Shown here one piece after another: positions 1 through 10,665 of a stretch of 64,000 nt of DNA (position 1 is its first letter; the number at the start of each line of letters is the position of its first letter). The DNA is taken from positions 192,001-256,000 of the forward strand of contig OY781945.1 of NCBI GenBank assembly GCA_963677435.1, given 5' to 3'. The position numbers were made by a program, and so were the translations under genes. The notes below the pieces were generated by a model. It was not told where the DNA came from, made no database searches, and saw nothing but the letters and a program-made list of their open reading frames with translations. This DNA is from an uncultured Aliarcobacter sp. (GTDB lineage Bacteria; Campylobacterota; Campylobacteria; Campylobacterales; Arcobacteraceae).

Positions 1-1175
1 TCAAGATATTTTTCTAGGAAATCTTTTGTATCTTCTTTTACAAATTTTTGAACACCTTTTTCTTCATAAAAAGTAGGAACATCTAAAATATCTGTAACAG
101 ATTTTTTTAGTTCAACTAAAGTTTGTGCTCTTTGTTTTGACAAGTCTAAAAGCTCTGTTCTTTTTGGATGAGTTGATAAATCCATATCAAAGAATTTTAA
201 TTCTTCAATTAATCTATCATTTGATACAGCTTTTATATATTCACTATTTAACCATAAAAGTTTTTCACCATTAAACGAAGATGCTGATTTATTTAAGTTA
301 TTTGGATCAAATAATTCTAACATTTCTTCCATTGAAAATATCTCTTGATCACCATGTGACCATCCAAGTCTTACTAAAAAGTTCAATAATGCTTCTGGTA
401 AATAACCCAATCTTTTATAATCCATAACATCCATTGCACCATCTCTTTTAGATAGTTTTTTACCAGATGGATTGTTAATCATTGCAACATGATAGAATTT
501 AGGAACTTTAAATCCTAAAGCATTATAAATTACAATTTGTTTTGGTGTATTTGATAAGTGGTCATCTCCTCTTATTACATCTGTCATTTCCATTAATGCA
601 TCATCAATAGCAACAACAAAGTTATAAGTTGGCATTCCATTAGATCTAGCAATTACATAATCATCAACTTGATTAGCATCAAATTTCATATAACCTTTTA
701 CACCATCATCAAATTCAATTGTTCCTGTCGTTGGTGCTTTGATTCTAATAACTGGTTCAATTCCTTCAGGAATTGGAGGTAAAACTTTCCCTTCTTCAGG
801 TCTCCATGTACCATCATATCTTGGACTTTGTTTTGCAGCTTCTTGCGCAGCTCTTAAGCTATCCAATTCATCTTTACTCATGTAACATTTATATGCTTTA
901 CCACTTTCAAGTAATTTATCAATATATATTTTATAAATATCTGTTCTTCTTGATTGATAGAATACTTCTCCATCATAATTTAATCCAACCCAATCAAAAG
1001 CATTAATAATAGCTTCCATCGCATCTTCATTATTTCTAGCTGTGTCTGTATCTTCAACTCTTAATCTAAATACTCCACCTGTTTTTCTTGCCCATAAATA
1101 ACTATATAAAGATGTTCGTAAACCTCCAATATGAAGGTAACCAGTTGGACTTGGTGCAAATCTTGTAATTGCCAT
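1..1175 (-). CDS. gltX: Glutamate--tRNA ligase (3' end runs off the window start)
   Basis: Not in the ORF track. Manual translation from ATG at 1175 gives MAITRFAPSPTGYLHIGGLRT (HIGH motif), later KKLSKR (KMSKS-like) and RLGWSHGDQE. Confidence 0.95.
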   Translation of the reverse strand, partial: MAITRFAPSPTGYLHIGGLRTSLYSYLWARKTGGVFRLRVEDTDTARNNEDAMEAIINAFDWVGLNYDGEVFYQSRRTDIYKIYIDKLLESGKAYKCYMSKDELDSLRAAQEAAKQSPRYDGTWRPEEGKVLPPIPEGIEPVIRIKAPTTGTIEFDDGVKGYMKFDANQVDDYVIARSNGMPTYNFVVAIDDALMEMTDVIRGDDHLSNTPKQIVIYNALGFKVPKFYHVAMINNPSGKKLSKRDGAMDVMDYKRLGYLPEALLNFLVRLGWSHGDQEIFSMEEMLELFDPNNLNKSASSFNGEKLLWLNSEYIKAVSNDRLIEELKFFDMDLSTHPKRTELLDLSKQRAQTLVELKKSVTDILDVPTFYEEKGVQKFVKEDTKDFLEKYL

Positions 1176-1179
1176 TAAA

Positions 1180-1281
1180 TTATTTCTCCTCTTCTTTTTT
1201 ATTTTGTATATAAAATCCTACGCCTGTTACTATTGCTACTGTTGCTATAAAGACTAATAATGATATCTCAAGAATTCCCAT
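1180..1281 (-). CDS. Small single-pass membrane protein, 33 aa
   Basis: Manual translation MGILEISLLVFIATVAIVTGVGFYIQNKKEEEK*. AAGGAG RBS lies within the rlmN 3' end. The ORF fills the rlmN-gltX gap. Confidence 0.7.
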   Translation of the reverse strand: MGILEISLLVFIATVAIVTGVGFYIQNKKEEEK

Positions 1282-2350
1282 TTGCTTCTTTCTCCTTTAG
1301 CTGCCCACAAGCAGCTGAGATATCAATACCTTTTGATTCTCTAATTGTACAGATTAACCCACGCTCATTTAAATAATCTTTGAATTTTAACATATCTTCA
1401 ACTTCAGGTCGCTGATATGTTGTTCCTGGATATGGATTAAAGAAAATTAAATTTACTTTTGCTTGTATTCCATTTAGAAGTTTGATTAGTTTTTTTGCAG
1501 CTTCAATAGAATCATTCTTATTTTTTATTACTAGATATTCAAACATAACTTTTTTTCTAGTATCTATTGGAAACTTTTTAACAGCATCAATAATTGAAGC
1601 GATATTATAGGCTTTATTCATAGGAATTAATTCACTTCTTAACTCATCATCAACAGCATGTAAAGAGATAGCTAATTGAATTCCTAAATCAATTTTTCCT
1701 AATTTTTCTATTTTTGATGCAATTCCTGAAGTTGAAACTGTTTGTCTTCTTCTTGAAATTGCAAGTCCATCAAGTTCTGAGAATATAGAAACTGCTTTTA
1801 TAAAGTTTTCAAAGTTATCAAGAGGTTCACCCATTCCCATATATACAATATTTAAAGCTTTATTTTCAGCTATATCATTGTCTCTTTTTATATTTACAAT
1901 TTGAGCTATATACTCTCCAACTGTAAGATTTCGTACAAATCCACCTTTTGCAGTTAGACAAAAAGTACAGCCAACTTTACAGCCAACTTGTGATGAGATA
2001 CAAACAGTATATTTTTCACTTCGAACAATGTTTCCATCTTCATCTTTTTTCTTGTCTTTCATTAAAAGTAAAACAGCTTCAACTGTGTGGTCATCTCTTA
2101 ATTTAAAAAGATATTTAATACTTCCATCAATACTTTGCTCTTTTTTAACAATAGTCATAACATCTAAGGGATAGTTTGCTTTTAAATCTTCTTTTAATTC
2201 ATTTGGTATATTTTTCATATCATCATAAGAGTTTGCATACTTTTTATAAAGCCAGTTATAAACTTGTTTTGCTCTAAATGATGGTTTTAATTTTTCTTTT
2301 AATTCATCTAATGTGTAATCATATATAGATGGTAGTCCTTCTTTTGCCAT
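1268..2350 (-). CDS. rlmN: 23S rRNA m2A2503 / tRNA radical SAM methyltransferase
   Basis: CISSQVGCKVGCTFC (CxxxCxxC), MGMGEP, SLHA and C-terminal DISAACGQL. Confidence 0.96.
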   Translation of the reverse strand: MAKEGLPSIYDYTLDELKEKLKPSFRAKQVYNWLYKKYANSYDDMKNIPNELKEDLKANYPLDVMTIVKKEQSIDGSIKYLFKLRDDHTVEAVLLLMKDKKKDEDGNIVRSEKYTVCISSQVGCKVGCTFCLTAKGGFVRNLTVGEYIAQIVNIKRDNDIAENKALNIVYMGMGEPLDNFENFIKAVSIFSELDGLAISRRRQTVSTSGIASKIEKLGKIDLGIQLAISLHAVDDELRSELIPMNKAYNIASIIDAVKKFPIDTRKKVMFEYLVIKNKNDSIEAAKKLIKLLNGIQAKVNLIFFNPYPGTTYQRPEVEDMLKFKDYLNERGLICTIRESKGIDISAACGQLKEKEANGNS

Positions 2351-2371
2351 TGTAATTTATCCAGTATTTTA

Positions 2372-2908
2372 TTATTTTATTATATTTTTTTCTATTAAAT
2401 ATTTTGTTAATTTATCCATTGCCTCTTTGTGATTTTTTATAAAATCTTCATGGGCATTTTCATTTGTATAATTTGTTATTACGAATATTCCAGCAACTGG
2501 AATTTCAAACTCTTTTGCTACACTTAAAATTGAAAAGAATTCCATATTTTCAATTCCAACTCCATATTCATTAAACTCTTTGCATAATTTTTCATTTGTT
2601 GATATATAGTTTGATGAGTTTACAATTGTGTCATTTCTTGCAAATTTATTTTCAGATTCTAAGACATTATCAAGTGGAGTATAAGCACTTTGTGTTAAAA
2701 ATCCAAGTTCTATATTTGAAGCTCTTTTTGATTCAACAATATCAAAAACTTTATTGTTACCATAAGATCCAGCACTTCCAACAAAAAGTAAATAATCTGG
2801 TTTATCAAACAGACACATTCTTGTAAGGTTTATGGCACTTTCTATTAAACCAACACCAATTGGATGAGCAAAAGGGAAAGTTTCATTTCTTCCAGCACAA
2901 ATAATCAT
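2372..2908 (-). CDS. Purine nucleoside phosphorylase / MTA-SAH nucleosidase-like protein
   Basis: GVG, GSAGS and ENMEFFS motifs of the PNP_UDP_1 fold. Confidence 0.7.
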   Translation of the reverse strand: MIICAGRNETFPFAHPIGVGLIESAINLTRMCLFDKPDYLLFVGSAGSYGNNKVFDIVESKRASNIELGFLTQSAYTPLDNVLESENKFARNDTIVNSSNYISTNEKLCKEFNEYGVGIENMEFFSILSVAKEFEIPVAGIFVITNYTNENAHEDFIKNHKEAMDKLTKYLIEKNIIK

Positions 2909-3597
2909 TTACATTCCAATACAAAATTTGGGCTTATTGTGATATTTTGCTCACTATTCATAGGTGCAACATCAGCAACTTTTTTTGACATACTTGAATA
3001 TAACATTTCACTTCTAGCATAAACAATATTTCCCGTGTTTGTTTCAGAAATATTTATTTTTGTAACTTCACAATTTTTAGATATTGAAGTAGATAAAGAT
3101 TTCGAATAGGCTTCTATCCAATGAATAGCATCTAATCTTAAATCATCAAAACTTTTGTTTTGTAAATCATCACTAATATTCCATGCAACATTTGAAATAT
3201 TCAATTTTACATCGTCTGATTTTATGCTGTCTTTTATAGAAATTAATTTATCCATAAAACTGTTTAATTCTTTTGCGTCTTTTGATTCAGCTGAATATCT
3301 TATATTTCCAATATAACCAACAAACTCTTGTTTATTATCATAATATTTATATTTTGGACTTAATGTAAAGCTCCCATTTTTTAAAGTTACATTAGTAGTT
3401 TTTTTTATAAAATTATTAAACTTTTCAATTTCAATATTAACTGCATTTTCATTTTTCTTTTCTACGCTAACATTAATATTTGTTGTTAGTAAATCAGGAT
3501 TTACAACTTTTGAGAAACCCTTATTAAAATTTAGTTCATAAGAAAATGACAAAACTGGTAATAAACATAAAGTCATTCCAAATAATATTTTTTTCAT
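2905..3597 (-). CDS. Periplasmic SIMPL (DUF541)-like protein
   Basis: Signal peptide, then the PKY..Y..GY pattern and C-terminal P..QNITIS typical of SIMPL proteins. Confidence 0.6.
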   Translation of the reverse strand: MKKILFGMTLCLLPVLSFSYELNFNKGFSKVVNPDLLTTNINVSVEKKNENAVNIEIEKFNNFIKKTTNVTLKNGSFTLSPKYKYYDNKQEFVGYIGNIRYSAESKDAKELNSFMDKLISIKDSIKSDDVKLNISNVAWNISDDLQNKSFDDLRLDAIHWIEAYSKSLSTSISKNCEVTKINISETNTGNIVYARSEMLYSSMSKKVADVAPMNSEQNITISPNFVLECK

Positions 3598-3615
3598 TTT
3601 ATATCCTTTTTCTTT

Positions 3616-4377
3616 TTATATTCTTACGGGAATATTATTAGCTCTTAAATATCTTTTTAAATCCATAATATCTATTTCTTTAAAGTGGAATATTGATGCT
3701 GCAAGAGCTGCACTTGCTCCGCATTCAAAAGCTTCTTTTATATGTTCCATAGTTCCAGCACCACCACTTGCAATTACTGGAATATCTACAAGTTTTGAGA
3801 TTTGACCTGTAATATTTAGTTCAAATCCAGTTTTAGCACCATCTGTATCCATAGAAGTTAAAAGTATTTCACCAGCACCTCTATCATAAACTTCTTTTGC
3901 CCAAGCTAATGCATCAAGTCCAGTATCTTCTCTTCCACCTTTTACAAAAACATGATAAGAACCATCTGCGACTCTTTTTACATCAATAGCTACAACAATA
4001 CATTGAGAACCAAATCTTTTTGAGCTTTCATTTATTAAATTTGGGTTTGTAACGGCTGAAGAGTTAATTGAAACTTTGTCACATCCAACATTAAGTAGAG
4101 AATAAATATCTTCAAGTTTTCGAATTCCTCCACCAACTGTTAAAGGAATAAAAACTTCTTGAGCAACTTTTTTTACAATATCAACTATTGTTCCTCTATT
4201 TTCATGACTAGCTGTAATATCTAGAAAAGTAAGCTCATCAGCTCCCTCTGCGTTATATCTTTTTGCAACTTCAACAGGATCACCTGCATCCCTTAATCCA
4301 ACGAAGTTTACACCCTTTACAACTCGTCCATTATCAACATCTAAACATGGTATTATTCTTTTTGCAAAACTACTCAA
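3616..4377 (-). CDS. hisF: Imidazole glycerol phosphate synthase cyclase subunit
   Basis: [40 protein letters not shown] start. Confidence 0.97.
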   Translation of the reverse strand: MSSFAKRIIPCLDVDNGRVVKGVNFVGLRDAGDPVEVAKRYNAEGADELTFLDITASHENRGTIVDIVKKVAQEVFIPLTVGGGIRKLEDIYSLLNVGCDKVSINSSAVTNPNLINESSKRFGSQCIVVAIDVKRVADGSYHVFVKGGREDTGLDALAWAKEVYDRGAGEILLTSMDTDGAKTGFELNITGQISKLVDIPVIASGGAGTMEHIKEAFECGASAALAASIFHFKEIDIMDLKRYLRANNIPVRI

Positions 4378-4450
4378 ATATAATCCTTCTTAATAACTAA
4401 ATATTATCTTATCTAATTGTAAGTTAAAAGCAGATATACTCCTTCCAATT

Positions 4451-5245
4451 ATGGAAAAAGTAAAAGCAAAAAAACAATACGGACAAAACTTTTTAAAAGA
4501 TACGACAATTTTGGATAAGATCATCCAATCGATGCCCAACAACAATAACTATGTCGTGGAAATTGGGCCTGGATTAGGTGATTTGACCAAAAATTTAGTC
4601 AAGTACAAAGATATGACTGCTTATGAAGTTGATACTGATTTAATTGGTATTTTAAAGTCTAAATTTGCAATAGAAATAGAAGAGGGTAGACTAAAACTGA
4701 TCCACACAGATGTTTTAGAGGCTTGGGATAAGCAGAAAACCCTACATGACGGTAAATATGACTTAATAGCAAACTTACCGTACTATATTGCAACAAACAT
4801 TATATTAAGAGCATTTGAAGATAAAGCTTGTGAAAATATTATAGTAATGGTTCAAAAAGAGGTTGCCGAAAAATTTACTGCAAAAGTAAATGATAAGGAA
4901 TTTTCTTCTTTAGGAATAATTACTGATTTAATGTCAATTGATTCAAGGATACTTTTCGATGTTCCTCCTGAATCTTTTGATCCACCTCCAAAAGTTATAT
5001 CTTCAATTCTTTACATTAAAAAGGATATGAATAAATTCCTAGATAAAGATTTTAACAAGTTTTTAAAAGCCTGCTTTGTGCAGCCTAGGAAAAAACTTTC
5101 TAAAAATCTTACATCTGTATTGGATAAAAATTCTATATCTAAAATGTATGAAGAATTAAATGTCGATGATAATGTTAGACCTCATGAAGTAAGTTCATCT
5201 TTGTATAGCCAAATGCATACAAGGGTAAAAAATGGAAGAAATTAA
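4451..5245 (+). CDS. rsmA: 16S rRNA adenine dimethyltransferase
   Basis: GQNFL, EIGPGLG, ANLPYYI, MVQKEVA, PPPKV. Confidence 0.96.
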   Translation: MEKVKAKKQYGQNFLKDTTILDKIIQSMPNNNNYVVEIGPGLGDLTKNLVKYKDMTAYEVDTDLIGILKSKFAIEIEEGRLKLIHTDVLEAWDKQKTLHDGKYDLIANLPYYIATNIILRAFEDKACENIIVMVQKEVAEKFTAKVNDKEFSSLGIITDLMSIDSRILFDVPPESFDPPPKVISSILYIKKDMNKFLDKDFNKFLKACFVQPRKKLSKNLTSVLDKNSISKMYEELNVDDNVRPHEVSSSLYSQMHTRVKNGRN

Positions 5246-7193
5246 AAACGAAGAAAAAGTTGTTGTAACTTCACCAATTATTGTTGAAAACGACTCACAA
5301 AATGCAGTAAATAGTGTAACTGTAGTTAACTCAGAAACTGCAGAAAATACAGAAACAAAAAAACCACCTTTCAAAAAAAGAAAGCCGAAACCTAAAGTTC
5401 CAAGAGAGAATCAAATCAATCAACAAGTTAAAGGTGATGGATGGATTACAGACCTTAAAAAAGCTTATTTGGTAAATGAAAAAATACATAGAGATAGATT
5501 AAACCCTCACTATAAATTAAACTTAAATACTACAGCCAAACTTAAAATTACTCCACTTGGAGGATTAGGTGAGATTGGTGGAAATATGATGGTTATTGAA
5601 ACTGAAAATGAAGCAATAATTGTTGATGTTGGTATGAGTTTCCCTGATGAAAATATGCACGGTGTTGATATTTTAATCCCAGATTTTACTTATATTAGAG
5701 AAATCAAAGATAAAATCGTTGCTATTATTATTACTCATGGTCATGAAGATCATATTGGTGCAATGCCATATTTATTTAAAGAGATGCAATTCCCTGTTTA
5801 TGGAACTTCATTACCTTTAGAAATGATTGGTTCAAAATTTGATGAACATAAAATGAGAGAGCATAGATCTTTATTTAGAGCTATTCAAAAAAGAACTCCA
5901 ATAAAAATTGGAAATGAATTTGAAGTTGAATGGATGCATGTTACTCACTCAATCATTGATTCATCATGTATTGCTGTTAAAACAGCTGCTGGAACTATGA
6001 TTCATACAGGTGACTTTAAAATTGACCATACTCCAATTGATGGATTTCCAACAGATTTACATAGAATTGCACATTATGGAGAAGAAGGTGTTTTAGTTTT
6101 AACATCTGATTCAACTAATTCTCACTCTCCTGGATTTACAAGAACTGAAAAAACAGTTGGACCTACTTTTGATAGAATATTTCAAAATGCAAAAGGTAGA
6201 GTTATTATGTCTACTTTCTCATCAAATATTCACAGAGTTGCGCAAGCTATTGAAAAAGCACTTTTCCATAACAGAAAAATCTGTGTTATTGGAAGATCAA
6301 TGGAGAAAAACTTAGAACTTGCAATGAGTCTTGGTTATATCAAATTCCCAAAAGATCAGTTTATTGAAGCACATGAAGTAAATAAATATAATGATAAAGA
6401 AGTTTTAATTGTAACAACTGGTTCGCAAGGTGAATCAATGTCTGCACTTTATAGAATGGCAATTCATGAACATAGACATATTAAAATTAAACCTGAAGAT
6501 CAAATAATTCTTTCAGCAAAAGCAATTCCAGGAAATGAAGGAAGTGTTTCTGAAATTATAAATCATTTATTAAAAGCTGGTGCAAAAGTAGCATATCAAG
6601 ATTATCCAGATATTCATGTTTCAGGACATGCTGCACAAGAAGAGCAAAAATTAATGCTAAGACTTGTTAAACCTAAATTCTTTTTACCAGTTCATGGTGA
6701 ATATAATCATGCTTTAAAACATGGTCAAACAGGTATTGATTGTGGTGTTTTAGAAAGAAATGTTTACATTATGAGTGATGGTGAACAAATCGAAGTTACA
6801 CCAAAATATCTTAAAAAAGTAAAAACTGTTAAAACAGGAAAAGTTTATATTGATAATCAATTAAATTTCAAAATTTCTGATGATATAATTTTAGATAGAC
6901 AAACTATGGCAAACGAAGGTGTTGTTATGATTGTTGCTCAAATAAATGAGAGCGATAGAACATTAGCACAAAAACCAAGAGTTACATCATTTGGTTTAGT
7001 ATCTGATAAACAAGATAAATTCTTCTCAAAAGAAATTGAAGATTTATTAACAACTTTCTTAGATAATATTAAACCTGGTATTTTACAAAATAATAGAATA
7101 TTAGAAGATGAATTAAGAAAAGTTGTAAGAAAACATTGTACAAGAAAATATAAAAAATATCCAATGATAGTACCAACAATCTTCGTTCAATAA
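5232..7193 (+). CDS. rnj: Ribonuclease J with N-terminal low-complexity extension
   Basis: LGGLGEIGGNM, THGHEDHIG, HTGDFKID, HVSGHA, PVHGEY. Confidence 0.96.
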   Translation: MEEIKNEEKVVVTSPIIVENDSQNAVNSVTVVNSETAENTETKKPPFKKRKPKPKVPRENQINQQVKGDGWITDLKKAYLVNEKIHRDRLNPHYKLNLNTTAKLKITPLGGLGEIGGNMMVIETENEAIIVDVGMSFPDENMHGVDILIPDFTYIREIKDKIVAIIITHGHEDHIGAMPYLFKEMQFPVYGTSLPLEMIGSKFDEHKMREHRSLFRAIQKRTPIKIGNEFEVEWMHVTHSIIDSSCIAVKTAAGTMIHTGDFKIDHTPIDGFPTDLHRIAHYGEEGVLVLTSDSTNSHSPGFTRTEKTVGPTFDRIFQNAKGRVIMSTFSSNIHRVAQAIEKALFHNRKICVIGRSMEKNLELAMSLGYIKFPKDQFIEAHEVNKYNDKEVLIVTTGSQGESMSALYRMAIHEHRHIKIKPEDQIILSAKAIPGNEGSVSEIINHLLKAGAKVAYQDYPDIHVSGHAAQEEQKLMLRLVKPKFFLPVHGEYNHALKHGQTGIDCGVLERNVYIMSDGEQIEVTPKYLKKVKTVKTGKVYIDNQLNFKISDDIILDRQTMANEGVVMIVAQINESDRTLAQKPRVTSFGLVSDKQDKFFSKEIEDLLTTFLDNIKPGILQNNRILEDELRKVVRKHCTRKYKKYPMIVPTIFVQ

Positions 7194-7202
7194 GGAATAT
7201 AT

Positions 7203-8165
7203 ATGAATTTTAAACAAATAATAAAAGATGTTTTATTAACTGAGGCTAATGAGCTTGAAAAAGCTGCTCAAAAAGTCTCTTTTGATATTGAAAAAGCTAT
7301 TGATTTGATTATAAATTCAAAAGGTAAACTTATTATTACAGGTGTTGGAAAATCTGGACTTGTAGGAACAAAAATTGCTGCAACACTTGCAAGTACTGGA
7401 ACAAGCTCTTTTTTTCTTCATCCAACTGAAGCCATGCATGGTGATTTAGGAATGGTTGGTAAAGAAGATATTGTTCTTGGTATTTCATATAGTGGTGAGA
7501 GTGATGAATTAGTTCAAATCCTTCCACATTTAAAGAGATTTAATATTCCTTTAATTGCAATGGCTAGAAATCCTGAATCAACTCTTGCTAAATATGCAGA
7601 TATTTTTATAAATATCAATGTAGAAAAAGAGGGTTGTCCACTTGATGCTGCTCCAATGTCATCTACAACTTTAACAATGGCAATGGGTGATGCAATAGCA
7701 GTTTGTTTAATGAAAAAGAGAGATTTTAAAAAAGAAGATTTTGCATCATTTCATCCAGGAGGAAGTTTAGGTAAAAAACTTTTTATTAAAGTTGATGATT
7801 TATTAAGAAAAGAAAATCTTCCAGTAGTTTCACGTGAAACAAAACTTAAAGATGCAATTTTGATAATGAGTGAGGGAAGATTAGGAAGTGTAATTATTGA
7901 AGATGAAAATAAAAAAGTAATTGCGCTTTTAAGTGATGGGGATTTAAGACGAGCTTTAATGAATGATAATTTTTCAATGGATTGTAAAGTAGAAGATATT
8001 GCTACAAAAAATCCAAAAAAATTAAAAAACAAAGAGCTTTTAGCAAGTGATGCACTGCAAATAATAGAAGATTATAAAATACAGCTATTAATTGTAACTG
8101 ATGAAAATGATAAATTAGTTGGTGTATTACATATTCATGATTTAATTGAAGCTGGTATAAAATGA
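7203..8165 (+). CDS. kdsD: KpsF/GutQ-family arabinose-5-phosphate isomerase (SIS + CBS domains)
   Basis: GVGKSG, EAMHGDLG, FHPGGSLG and a C-terminal CBS pair. Confidence 0.9.
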   Translation: MNFKQIIKDVLLTEANELEKAAQKVSFDIEKAIDLIINSKGKLIITGVGKSGLVGTKIAATLASTGTSSFFLHPTEAMHGDLGMVGKEDIVLGISYSGESDELVQILPHLKRFNIPLIAMARNPESTLAKYADIFININVEKEGCPLDAAPMSSTTLTMAMGDAIAVCLMKKRDFKKEDFASFHPGGSLGKKLFIKVDDLLRKENLPVVSRETKLKDAILIMSEGRLGSVIIEDENKKVIALLSDGDLRRALMNDNFSMDCKVEDIATKNPKKLKNKELLASDALQIIEDYKIQLLIVTDENDKLVGVLHIHDLIEAGIK

Positions 8166-8968
8166 AAAAAAAGAATGAAGAAATAGAGGGTGAATTAGTT
8201 AGATTAAACAAATTCTTGTCTCATAATAGTAACTACTCAAGAAGAGAAGCTGATAAGCTAATAGAAGAGGGTAGAGTAAAAGTTAATGGTAAAGTTGTAG
8301 TAAATCTTGCAACAAAAGTTTCTAATAGTGATGAAGTACAAATTGGCAAAAAAACAATTAGAGAAGATAAAAATAAAATTAGCACTGTAATTGTTTATAA
8401 TAAACCAAAAGGTGAAATTGTTTCTAAAAAAGATCCACAAGGTAGAAAGACTATTTATGATTCACTTGATCATAAATACAAACACTTTTTAAGTGTTGGA
8501 AGACTTGATTATGCCAGTGAAGGATTATTGCTTTTATCTGATAGTGTAGAAATTGTTAATGCTTTAATGCACTCTGATTTAGAAAGAGTTTATAAAATAA
8601 AAGTAAATGGTGTAATTACTAAACCTGTTGAGCAAGCAATGCAAAATGGTTTAGAAATTGAGGATGCAACATCTGGTGCATTTAAAACTAGTAAAATTAA
8701 ATCTATGACTTTTGCTCCATTTTTAGCTTATGATATTTTAACTAATGCTGAAAAATTTTCAAAAATTAAAGTAGTTATTTCAGAAGGTAAAAATAGAGAG
8801 TTAAGAAGATTTTTTGCCCACTTTGGACTTGATGTACTTGATTTAAAAAGATTAGAATATGGTGGAATTTCTTTAAATAATCTGCCAACTGGAAAAACAA
8901 GATTTTTAACAAAAGAAGAATACAAAAATCTAAGAATCTTTATGAATGAAGATGATAGATCTCTCTAA
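8162..8968 (+). CDS. rluB: RsuA/RluB-family rRNA pseudouridine synthase
   Basis: S4 domain (RLNKFL..SRREAD), NKPKG, GRLD, EGKNRELRR. Confidence 0.85.
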   Translation: MKKKNEEIEGELVRLNKFLSHNSNYSRREADKLIEEGRVKVNGKVVVNLATKVSNSDEVQIGKKTIREDKNKISTVIVYNKPKGEIVSKKDPQGRKTIYDSLDHKYKHFLSVGRLDYASEGLLLLSDSVEIVNALMHSDLERVYKIKVNGVITKPVEQAMQNGLEIEDATSGAFKTSKIKSMTFAPFLAYDILTNAEKFSKIKVVISEGKNRELRRFFAHFGLDVLDLKRLEYGGISLNNLPTGKTRFLTKEEYKNLRIFMNEDDRSL

Positions 8969-10142
8969 TAAACTAAGACCAACAAATTTAGACAATTTCG
9001 TTGGTCAATCCCACATTATCTCAAAAGATAAAGCACTTTACAAACTAATCAAACAAAAAGATATTCCCCATCTATTTTTTTATGGAAAACCAGGAACTGG
9101 AAAAACTACCCTTGCAAAAATAATTGCTCGTGAAATCAACACAGATTATTTTTACTTTAATGCTACAAGTATTAAAGTTGAAGATTTAAGAAAAGTATTT
9201 GATAAATACAAGGGAAGTTTAATTAAACCTTTAATTTTTATTGATGAAGTTCATAGACTTTCTAAAAACCAACAAGAAGTTCTACTTCCAATTATGGAAA
9301 ATTATGATGCAATAATAATTGGTGCAAGTACTGAAAACCCATTTTTTACTTTAACTTCTGCAATTCGTTCAAGATCATTTTTATATGAATTTAAAGCTTT
9401 TACAAAAGAAGAGATGAATAAAATTCTTCATATTGCTTTAAGAGATATAGAGATAAATATTGAACCTCTTGCTTTAGAATACTTGATTACATCAAGTTCA
9501 GGAGATGCAAGAGCAATGCTTACACTTCTTAATTTTGCATATAAAGTATCAAAAGATATTGATGTAAGTTTATTAAGAGAGTTAAGAGAAAATGTAATAG
9601 GAGATGGAGTTTCATCTTCAGATACACACTATGATTTAGCAAGTGCTATGATTAAATCTTTAAGAGGTTCAAATATTGATGCAGCTTTATATTATATGAG
9701 TAGATTAATAAATGGTGGAGAAAGTGTTGATTTTATTACAAGAAGATTAGTAATTTTTGCAAGTGAAGATATTGGAAATGCAAATCCAAATGCTTTAAAT
9801 CTAGCAGTTAATACAATGATGGCTTGTAATAAAATAGGTTATCCAGAATCTAGAATTATACTTTCTCAATGTGCAATCTACTTAGCATCAAGCCCAAAAT
9901 CTAACAGTGCATATAAAGGCGTAAATAAAGCTCTACAAGAGATAAAAGCTGGAAAACTACTTGATATACCAAAACATTTGGATTCACAGCATATAGGCTA
10001 TTTATACCCCCATGATTTTGGTGGATATGTTGAGCAAGAGTATTTGAAAGAAGATTTAAATCTTTATGAGCATTCTAATATTGGATTTGAAAAAACTTTA
10101 AATGAATGGTTGTTAAAAATAAAAAATAAAAAAGAGGATTAA
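8946..10142 (+). CDS. rarA: Replication-associated recombination protein A (MgsA/RarA AAA+ ATPase)
   Basis: LRP, GKPGTGKTT, FIDEVHR, ASTENP, ASEDIGNA, SPKSNS. Confidence 0.93.
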   Translation: MKMIDLSNKLRPTNLDNFVGQSHIISKDKALYKLIKQKDIPHLFFYGKPGTGKTTLAKIIAREINTDYFYFNATSIKVEDLRKVFDKYKGSLIKPLIFIDEVHRLSKNQQEVLLPIMENYDAIIIGASTENPFFTLTSAIRSRSFLYEFKAFTKEEMNKILHIALRDIEINIEPLALEYLITSSSGDARAMLTLLNFAYKVSKDIDVSLLRELRENVIGDGVSSSDTHYDLASAMIKSLRGSNIDAALYYMSRLINGGESVDFITRRLVIFASEDIGNANPNALNLAVNTMMACNKIGYPESRIILSQCAIYLASSPKSNSAYKGVNKALQEIKAGKLLDIPKHLDSQHIGYLYPHDFGGYVEQEYLKEDLNLYEHSNIGFEKTLNEWLLKIKNKKED

Positions 10143-10143
10143 A

Positions 10144-10665
10144 ATGGAATATTACACTTGGGTTTTAACTTTTCATATTGTAGCATTTATGTCATGGATG
10201 GCAATGCTATTTTATCTACCTAGACTTTTTGTTTATCATGTAGAAAATATTGAAAAAAAAGAGTATGTTGAAATTGTAAAAATTCAAGAGTACAAAATTT
10301 ATAAATATATTGGAATGCCTGCAATGTGGGCAACTATATTAAGTGGTATAACAATGCTTACATTAAATCCTTATTTACTTGATTTTACTACTTCTCCATG
10401 GATGTATGCAAAGCTTACAGCGCTGTTCTTTTTAATTATATACTCTTTTTCTCTTGAAAAATATAGAAAAGAATTAGAAAATGATTCTTGTAAAAAAAGT
10501 GGTAAATTTTTTAGAATGTATAATGAACTTCCAACCATGCTATCAATATTAATCGTAGGATATGTTATAACTAAAACATTTTCTTTACTATTTACTTTAA
10601 TAATTGTGCTACTATTTGCATACATATCTTATGTAATAATGAAACCAAAAAGAGAGACTAAATAA
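10144..10665 (+). CDS. hemJ: Protoporphyrinogen IX oxidase (HemJ)
   Basis: FHIVAFMSWMAMLFYLPRLFVYH and FRMYNELPT. Confidence 0.92.
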   Translation: MEYYTWVLTFHIVAFMSWMAMLFYLPRLFVYHVENIEKKEYVEIVKIQEYKIYKYIGMPAMWATILSGITMLTLNPYLLDFTTSPWMYAKLTALFFLIIYSFSLEKYRKELENDSCKKSGKFFRMYNELPTMLSILIVGYVITKTFSLLFTLIIVLLFAYISYVIMKPKRETK

